Shown in pieces: positions 1-7,565 of a DNA stretch of 18,363 nucleotides. The notes under the pieces were generated by a model that saw only the letters and a list, made by a program, of their open reading frames with translations, had not been told where the DNA came from and made no database searches. The position numbers and the translations under genes are program-made. Position 1 is the first letter of the stretch. Each line of letters starts with the position of its first letter. This DNA comes from Bugula neritina (taxonomy: Eukaryota; Animalia; Bryozoa): NCBI GenBank assembly GCA_964035545.1, contig CAXIUT010000231.1:1-18363 (forward strand), given 5' to 3'.

Positions 1-118
1 ATTAAATCTCTGCCGCCCCAAACAGTCCTCAATCAACAAAAGAACATCAACATACAAAAGACAGACAGATAAATATCCAAATGATGGTTTATTTTGGTTT
101 TAATCTATTGAAAGATGA
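1..118 (+). CDS. 3' end of a gene truncated by the window edge (frame uncertain)
   Basis: Frame 2 reads ...KRQTDKYPNDGLFWFESIER-TGA(116-118). Frame 1 reads ...QKTDREISK-TGA(82-84). An AT-rich spacer follows. No recognisable domain. Confidence 0.4.
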
Positions 119-209
119 AATTTTAATATCTAATTTGTACATTTTTATGGTTTGATATAAATATAGCAATAAAAAATAAGATTTAATCATATAAAACATC
201 AGATTTACT

Positions 210-1270
210 ATGTTTCTATAATATTTTATGTCAGAAAACTCATTTGGATAATACAAAAAATCAGACATAGCTTTTTATAAAGGCTACCAAACATACAGAA
301 ACTCATACATATTTTAAATAGCTCTGCATCTTATCCAATTTACTATTCTAGTAATTTTTATTCCCATCAATATTACTCTTCAATCTCCAGAGCCATAAAT
401 CATAGTTGCATAAATAATCGCCCTAGCAAGCGCCATATTCTCATCTATAATCTATCTTTATCAATACTGCTTCTTGTTCAAAAGATAAGGAATACTAGGT
501 TACCTAAAACTAGCTAGAGACACTCTACATGCAACAGAATAAGTATTGGAAAAAGTTGATTCTGAATAAAATTGCACAAGTAAAACCATTCTAGACAATC
601 AGAGTGGAGTGACTGTCGAAGGAGTTCCTTAAAAAACAATATAGGTATTAAGTTTAGTATATAGGTTTTTGGGAAAGTAGCTAAATTTCATATCTAGCAA
701 GTAAACTAAGGTCAAAACTATCATTTAAGATGCTGGTAAAAAATATAGTACTTTGCCAGTGTAGCTGCTATAATAATCGTTATAGTTATGATGGCTATCA
801 GTGATGAAATCAATACAGCTTAAATAATCGTTCTCACTTTGTTTTTAATTCTCGAAGCCATCAGCAAATGGAAAATCATCCTAGTAGCACTATTGGTAGC
901 AATTTCACCTATTTTATGCATATTTTTCTGTGTCTATATGTGTTGCTGCGCCCCATCACAATAAGTAACTGTCCTAGATATATCTCCTATCAAAGCTACT
1001 GCATAACACGTAATCAAATGCGATGGATAATGCGCTATTTGTCTTATGAATGTGCAACCAGAATAGAGTATATATCAATTACCTTGCTCTGATAAACATG
1101 TCTTTCACAGAGGGTGTATAGATAAATGGGTTCGAGTTAAACAGTCTTGTCCTACTTGTAGAAAGTTGCTGCCTTTTAAAGAAGTGGCTGTTGGACCTGG
1201 AGCTGAAGACATGAGAGTGGGGAATCAAGAATAAGAATATTAGCCTGAACCGGTTTTGATGCCTGTTTGA
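210..1270 (+). CDS. Multi-pass transmembrane RING-H2 E3 ubiquitin ligase (~346 aa; one 20-nt intron at 645-664)
   Basis: Open from ATG210 (alternative ATG228) to TGA1268-1270 with TAR=Glu after removing the intron. About 4-5 hydrophobic segments precede the RING-H2 pattern ECAICLMNVQPEESIYQLPCSDKHVFHRGCIDKWVRVKQSCPTCR. Confidence 0.9.
645..664 (+). other. 20-nt spliceosomal intron
   Basis: gtattaagtttagtatatag. Removing it joins the N-terminal frame to the RING frame; the unspliced frame hits TGA near 789. Confidence 0.85.
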
Positions 1271-1315
1271 TTCTACTTATTTTGATTATTATATAAGTAT
1301 ATAATTTCAGTTAAT

Positions 1316-3662
1316 ATGTCAAAATACTCACCTTTATCTCACAATCAAAACGACCTTCAATCTTCTCCTTTTACTCTCTCTCAAACTCTATAGGTATGTA
1401 TTACTTAAAATAGAGACCTAAGAAAAGGAAGTAAAATATGAACTTGATGTTAAATAATACTTTAGGTCCATAGTGTCTAAAAACATATTTTGATGAAATA
1501 TCACCAATGAAAACAGAAAAGAAAGAAGGAACTATGCAAAATAACGTATTTTTATTATTATAGCAAAATAAAAAACTACTGGCATAAAATAGCTAAATGG
1601 TATAATTGATCCATAAAAAGCAACAAATGATCGAAATACTATAAAAAAAGAATTTTACTAGATTAAAATAAAAAGAATAAATACTAAAAGATATGGATAA
1701 ATAGAAAAAAAGATTTATTGGTTAAGTAGCTACCTATAAAAATTAAAGTTAATCAAAAATAGCTTTATTGTAAAAGTAAACATATTATTTGAAATAAAAA
1801 GTATCAAAAATTGATAAATAAAAGAAAAAATAAATATAAGTTGTTAATAAAAATTATCAATCAGCTGTAAAAACACTTTAATAAGAAAAATCAAAATATA
1901 AATAACTCAAATAGCAGAAATAGAAATATTTGAATTCTGATCGAGTATAAATGAACGAGACAATATAGAAATTAAAAAATAGTTTATTGAAGGCATAAAA
2001 ATAAACATAAAAAGCTTTTTAAAAGAAAAGTAAAGATCTAGAATAACAAAAACTATTCTATTAAAATAAAATATAAAAAATACATCTTGAAAATCGTAAA
2101 AATAAAGAATAATTTTTTTAGTAACATTAAAATCAAATATCTAAATTATAAAACAAAATATCATAGATAGAATAAAATACAAAGATAAAATAAAATTTGA
2201 TGCAAACGAAATAAATATAAATGAAGAGATAAATTCAAAGATACGAAGATGATAAAAATAAATGGGATAATCAAATGTAAAATATAATACTTCATTGTAA
2301 TGATAAAATCGTTAAAAATAAACAGAGTTTGTAGATAATGCTAGAAAATTAAAATTAAAATATATTGGCAAGTAATCAGCATGAGATTGACAATTTAGTT
2401 AAGCAAAATAATACTTTAAATACACTTCTTTCGACCAAAAATAAAGAGATTAAAAATATAAGTAATTAGATAGAATCTTTAAGAGAACTCTATAAATAAC
2501 AACTACAGTATAATTAGAAAGTTATTTAATCAATATCTTAGAAGTTATAACTTAAATAAAAAGGAAATTAATAAGAAAAATAATTGATGAAAGCTAAATT
2601 AACTATATTAAGATAAAGCGATATTTCTGGGTTAAAAAATTTATACTAAAATTAAATACAATTATTAAGCAATCAATTGGTAGAAAAATAAAGAATAATT
2701 GAAGATTTTAGATAAAAAATGCAAGCTTAATTGAGATGCAAAGTTTAAATAAAAAAGAAATATTAATTTGAAATATCTAGGTATAAAAATTAAATCTTAA
2801 ATCTGAAAAGTGAAATAACTTCACTTTAAAAATAAATAAATCATAAAAGATAAAAAAAAATATTTTTGTAAATATAAATGAAAAAAGCAAGACATAATTA
2901 TAGAAATAATAATAAAAAGAATAATATATTCATCATAACTAGATATCTAACCTTCAATCAATCATAGCTGCAAAAGATGAATAATTAGTTCATTTATAAA
3001 CTAAATTTTAATTATTTAAGTCCAATCAAAAACAATAAATCATACAAAAATAAAACTAACTAAAAAATTAGAAAGAAAAGACTTAATAATAAGTTTTATA
3101 AAAATAAAAAATATTAGATTAAATACATAAATAGTTAAATAGATAAATAAATAATAATAAATCATTTCAATAAAATCATAATAAATAGATTAAATAGATA
3201 TAGATGAAATATTAAAATTAAATAGATTAAATTAGTCATCACTTTTAAAGATAAAAAATGTAGTATTAAAATAAAATTAGTTAGTTAATCAAAAATAACA
3301 GAAATCTATAATTTTAAATTAGTTAACTCAATAATAAAATCAATCTAATGTAAAATAGTATGATAAATATTCAATAAACATAAAAACAAATCAAATTTAG
3401 ACTCAAAAATAGAATAAAAAACTTAAATAGTTCTATAATTAGGAACTAAAGAATAGATATGAATAAATATAGGACCTCAAATAGAGAAACAATCAGTTAT
3501 CAAGTGATATTTTAGATTCAAAATAAAATTATTCCAATTTATAACAAAAATTCTAAAACCCTCATCTAATCCCAAAACACTCTAACAGAACTCTAAAACA
3601 AAGTAATGAATATAGGTAAATAAAACAGTCTTATCAACTCCCTTCAAACCCTCCACAAATGA
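1316..3662 (+). CDS. Long Glu/Lys-rich coiled-coil protein (~770 aa; intron 1394-1413, probable intron 2868-2887; frame uncertain at ~3240-3560)
   Basis: ATG1316 to TGA3660-3662. With TAR=Glu it gives heptad-like text such as LYENEIQLLSNQLVEKERIIEDFREKM, KYEFEISRYKNEILNLKSEI and AKDEELVHLETKFE. No catalytic motif. Confidence 0.75.
1394..1413 (+). other. 20-nt spliceosomal intron
   Basis: gtatgtattacttaaaatag. Required to join the ATG1316 frame to the long downstream frame. Confidence 0.8.
2868..2887 (+). other. Probable 20-nt intron (alternatively an indel error in the A9 run at 2852-2860)
   Basis: gtaaatataaatgaaaaaag has the modal length and gives the frame 1 to frame 3 switch needed for the Glu-rich reading. 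It ends in AAG rather than TAG. Confidence 0.45.
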
Positions 3663-3754
3663 ACAATTATTTCTAATTTGATAGTTTATCATTTGATAGT
3701 TTAATTCAACATTCATATTAGATAAAATACCATATTAATTTTATATCAAAAGCT

Positions 3755-4404
3755 ATGAGTGAAATCGACGACGGTTCTCTAAAAAATTATAAAACCATAA
3801 TTATCGGTCGATCAGCTGTCGGCAAAAGCACTCTTTTGATCCGATATGTCGATTGCTAGTTCAATCCTCAAAAACCTACCATCGGCATCGACTATCGCTT
3901 CAAAAAGGTCAGCCATCATGACTCGACTTTCAATTTATAACTATGGATTCAGCAGGTCAAGAGAGATATCGAACAATAGTGTACAATTATTTTACTTTAT
4001 CAAAAGCAGGAGTCATAGTATTTGATTTAACGAATGAAGATTCATTGAATGATGCTAAGAGTTGGTTGCAAAATTTAGTTAATCATTGTGGTAATGAGAT
4101 ACCTAAAATATTATTAGGAAATAAATGTGATTTGTTAAGTCCTGGAGAGCTGAATGATAAATTATAGAAATACAAGGAGAAGATAAATTAATTAAAAAAT
4201 GATTTTAATTGTTAATTTTTTACTGTTAGTGCTAAAACAGGATAAAATGTTAATGAAGCCTTCAATTATCTAACTAAATAAATTTATAATAGAAATAAAG
4301 TTAGTTCTCCTTAAAATGTAAAAAAAACATAAACTTTTAAACTCAAATCATCATATATATCAGTCCAGGAAGAATAAAAGAAAAAAAAGAAAGGATGCTG
4401 CTGA
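3755..4404 (+). CDS. Rab-family small GTPase (~216 aa) with an apparent one-base deletion at 3944-3947
   Basis: Motifs: G1 GRSAVGKST, effector PTIGIDY, G3 LELW/DSAGQERYR, G4 GNKCD, G5 SAKTGENV, and a polybasic prenylation end KKKKKGCC-TGA. The span is 650 nt; TGG GAT needs one more G than is present (ctatggattca). Confidence 0.92.
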
Positions 4405-4552
4405 AATATAATTGATTATTGCTCTTTAAATAAATAAAAATATTTTACTAATTCAATAGTAAAAGGATTTGAATTCTAAATATATTTATTTATTTTACAG
4501 TTACAATAATATTTAAGCTTGTTATCTGTTCTGATTTGATATTACATTATAG

Positions 4553-4996
4553 ATGGGCAATTGTGTGAGTAGTAAAGAAGGCAAGTAAAACAACTATGGT
4601 CAGAAAGGAGGTGATGATACCAAATATCTCAAACATGCAGACACTTTTCCATTGTAAAAGGGCGATGAAGAAACCTTTAGGAATGGTGGAATATTGAAAT
4701 AAAAGATCAATAACCTCGAAGACAGCAAAATTAAGGAGCATAAAAGATTGCATAGGTTCTCCCTTAATGAGAAAGTTCCTGGAGAAGGATAAAGATAAAA
4801 AACGAAAGAAATCTATGACTAAGGGAACATTCCAACTGAAACCAGTTCCAGGAATATGAAAGGGATAACTCCACTAGAGGATGTTTTTTTGAGTGAAAAG
4901 AAGTTCAGAAGACATAGCTAATGTCTCGAAGTAAACAGAGAGTATAGTATGTGTGCTTCCGAGATGAAGAAATGGCTTAAGAAGGTTAGAACTTGA
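4553..4996 (+). CDS. Hypothetical 147-aa protein with an N-terminal MGNC myristoylation/palmitoylation motif
   Basis: Uninterrupted ORF MGNCVSSKEGKENNYG...SEMKKWLKKVRT-TGA under table 30. It is hydrophilic with a basic C-terminus. The supplied minus-strand ORF 4547-4753 is its shadow. Confidence 0.75.
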
Positions 4997-5429
4997 TAAT
5001 GGATTATTTTTGATTTAGAAAAGAATGGGTTTATTCTAAAATTCAGTTTGAAAGAAGTTTGATGGCATAGAAATTATCCTTTACCTTGAAGCCTGTTATT
5101 TTTTTGAAAATAAGATTATATGTTTCTTGATATAATATATCACTCCTTTCATATGGAACAAATCAAATAGATAAAGATTAAACAAAATTATACAAGAGGT
5201 CGCTTGATCTTTCTTAAAATTCATTTTATTATTCAAGCCTAAGAGTTTCTGAAAATATTTCTTCTTGATTTTGAGTTATCAATTTTAAAAGCAATAGAAA
5301 TAGAATAAATAAGATTAAAAAATGAAACTTAGGTATTATTTGATTATATTATGATAGTAAATATTTTCCATGATTAAATTCCTAATTATTATTCCATCTC
5401 TATTATAATAGAAGAGTTTTTTGAGAAGA

Positions 5430-6345
5430 ATGTCAGTCACTATTTCCAACCACGTTGAAATCAATCAAAGTCCTACCAATAGATCTCCATCTAAAATGCA
5501 ATACTCCTTTCCCAAAACAGCTCGGTTTAGCTCTCGTCGCCTAAAATAGTACCTTCCATCCTACTTAGATGTGACCGCTTCTATAACCTCCCATCCACTA
5601 TTGACAACTGTAGAACCACCTCGCTTGGCTTTGGGCATAAATATGACTTCACTCATGAGTATTTATTATTTTATCTAGTGCACCCAAAAATCCTCCACCT
5701 AATACCTATGACATCCCCAGCACTTTTACACCCAAAAACAACAGCTATGGATTCGGAAAAGGTAGAGAAGAAATGGAAGCAACTGGTCCCTTATCTAGTG
5801 TTAGATCCAACAAAAATCCAGGACCTGGAACTTATTAATATTCATCAACGAACTCTCATTCAGCCTTTTCTTTAACTAGCAAACCAGTTGAAGAAGACAA
5901 AGAAAAGTTAAAGATTCCAGGACCAGGCACATACCCTGTCTCTTTCTGTCTCAGCCAAAGTGGAAACTATTTCCTCTCCACATATAAAAACAGCTGCACT
6001 AGAGACTTTAGTAAAACAGGAGGAAGACCTAAAGTGTTAGGAAATAAAATACCAGGACCAGGATCCTATAGCACTAATCAAGTGGATTTATCTCCTCAAG
6101 GAAAATACACAATATCAAGATTAAAAAATTGTTTGACTCGTAAATTTGCAATTACAACCAGAAAACCTATCAACTAGAACAATTTGAACCCAGGACCTGG
6201 ATCTTATAAAGTTCCAAGTGATTTTGGACACTACATGGACAGAAAAGCCTTCAATGATCTCAATGGAATGAGTTCCAGAGGAAATAGATCAATGGAAAAA
6301 TCTCTCTAAAAAGTTAAAACAGAAGAAACTGCTTCCAAGGTTTGA
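5430..6345 (+). CDS. SHIPPO-repeat (sperm-tail PG-rich, ODF3/STPG-like) ciliary protein, 291 aa; 20-nt introns at 5549-5568 and 5659-5678
   Basis: Repeated PGP motifs NPPPNTYD, NPGPGTYE, IPGPGTYP, IPGPGSYS and NPGPGSYKVPSDFG, plus YSFPKTARF and TSLGFGHKYDF. The frame is continuous only after both introns are removed. Confidence 0.9.
5549..5568 (+). other. 20-nt spliceosomal intron (splits a TA|A Glu codon)
   Basis: gtaccttccatcctacttag; restores the frame. Confidence 0.85.
5659..5678 (+). other. 20-nt spliceosomal intron
   Basis: gtatttattattttatctag; restores the frame. Confidence 0.85.
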
Positions 6346-6509
6346 TTCTTTAATTCATTATTTTGATCTTAATCATGGTCTAGTCAATGATAATAACTTT
6401 ATTCAAAAGATCTTAACATTTTTGCATTACTTATTGACTTTGAAGTCACTATAGCTGAATAAACTAAATGAAAGGAACGACTGAGATAAGATTAATTTAT
6501 TTGATTCAA

Positions 6510-6849
6510 TCAGAAACGTTGCCTACGAATACCAGCCAAGCAAGCCCGATAGATATTTTCTGGTTCAGTTGGAAACATTTATGAATGCACTCTAAGATCA
6601 TCAATAGCCTCAAGTTCACCCACTTCTGTAGCCATTGATTCAGTTGTAAATCTTCTGCACATTTTTCTAGCTTCTTCTCTTCCTTTATCACTATTGACTC
6701 GTCCAGTTCCATAGTCGCAACCTTTCCAACAGATACTAATCGATGGGTTATAACTGGGTTAGAAAGAAGTACAAGACGAAGGTTTCCATACATGCGGCAT
6801 AGCAAGGTCCTCCTTAATATCGGTTGTTCCAGATTCCAAGAGCTGACAT
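6510..6849 (-). CDS. Small Cys-containing hypothetical protein (106 aa; 19-nt intron at 6754-6772)
   Basis: MSALGIWNNRYEGGPCYAACMETFVFYNPSISICWKGCDYGTGRVNSDKGREEARKMCRRFTTESM...PENIYRACLAGIRRQRF-TGA after removing gtacttctttctaacccag. Contains two CxxxC motifs. Confidence 0.75.
6754..6772 (-). other. 19-nt spliceosomal intron
   Basis: Minus-strand gtacttctttctaacccag; the unspliced frame hits TGA. Confidence 0.75.
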
Positions 6850-7001
6850 GTTGACTATTAAATAATTATCATAATTTCATCATTCAGCAGTCAATCATTT
6901 AAGTTCAATGAAATCATAAGGAAATAAATGAAAATTCATTGATGAAATATGACATGACTAAAAATTGAATTTATTATTTGGTTATTAAATAATAGTTGTT
7001 G

Positions 7002-7474
7002 ATGAAAAGTAAACGAGGAAAATCATCATCAAAGAAAGAAACCGAAAGCAAGAGTAAATAAAACTCTTTGATTTCTACTCTTATAAGAAAACATCAACCA
7101 ATGATCGAATAAATAGATAAAAAAGATCAAATCGCACTTCTTTTGTAAACCATACTATCTGGTTCAGATGAAGAACTTCAAAAAATATTGTAGTAATGGG
7201 TAAAATAATTGATATTTAGAGTGATTTTTCAGGAATAAATCAAATAGTATCTAGTTGGGGTTCAGGAAATTCTCTTCTTCTTTTCAACAAATTAATCCCT
7301 TATCTTAAAAAATAAAATAAAAGATGGACATATCCATGGCTCAAAGCCCTCCTCAGTCTAAATCTCCAAATCTCATAAAAAACAAGAAATTAATTTCAAA
7401 CAAACATTCAAAACTAAAACATGAATTTATAAAACGTTCTAAAACTAACAGGAAAGCTATAATTATTAGAGTGA
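7002..7474 (+). CDS. 150-aa protein resembling a stand-alone Utp12/Dip2 (Utp5/WDR43 C-terminal-like) helical domain; 20-nt intron at 7200-7219
   Basis: IALLLETILSGSDEELQKIL...WLKALLSL...VLKLTGKLELLE-TGA resembles the LLxQaLxSxDxxlL...W+kxLL...LxGkLxll pattern of that domain. The N-terminus is basic and NLS-like. The ORF is solid; the family is recalled from memory. Confidence 0.6.
7200..7219 (+). other. 20-nt spliceosomal intron
   Basis: gtaaaataattgatatttag; restores the frame. Confidence 0.85.
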
Positions 7475-7565
7475 TATTTTTACTTAACCATCATATCTAT
7501 TTATTTCATTTAACATACCAACTTTATACCTGAGCACACGCTGTAATAGTAATATATTAAATAGC

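Noticed and set aside
1546-1563. 18-nt intron gtatttttattattatag
   Set aside because: It is in frame and reads naturally as VFLLLE within the coiled coil, so it is not needed. It cannot be excluded without RNA data.
1620-3660. Euplotes-type +1 frameshifting at the many AAA-TAA/AAA-TAG sites
   Set aside because: These sites are read in frame as Lys-Glu throughout, and TAR is not a stop here.
6382-6440. SECIS element (ATGA...AAAA...TGA) behind the SHIPPO gene
   Set aside because: The upper-stem register does not fit the UGAN/NGAN core, and the upstream CDS has no internal TGA.
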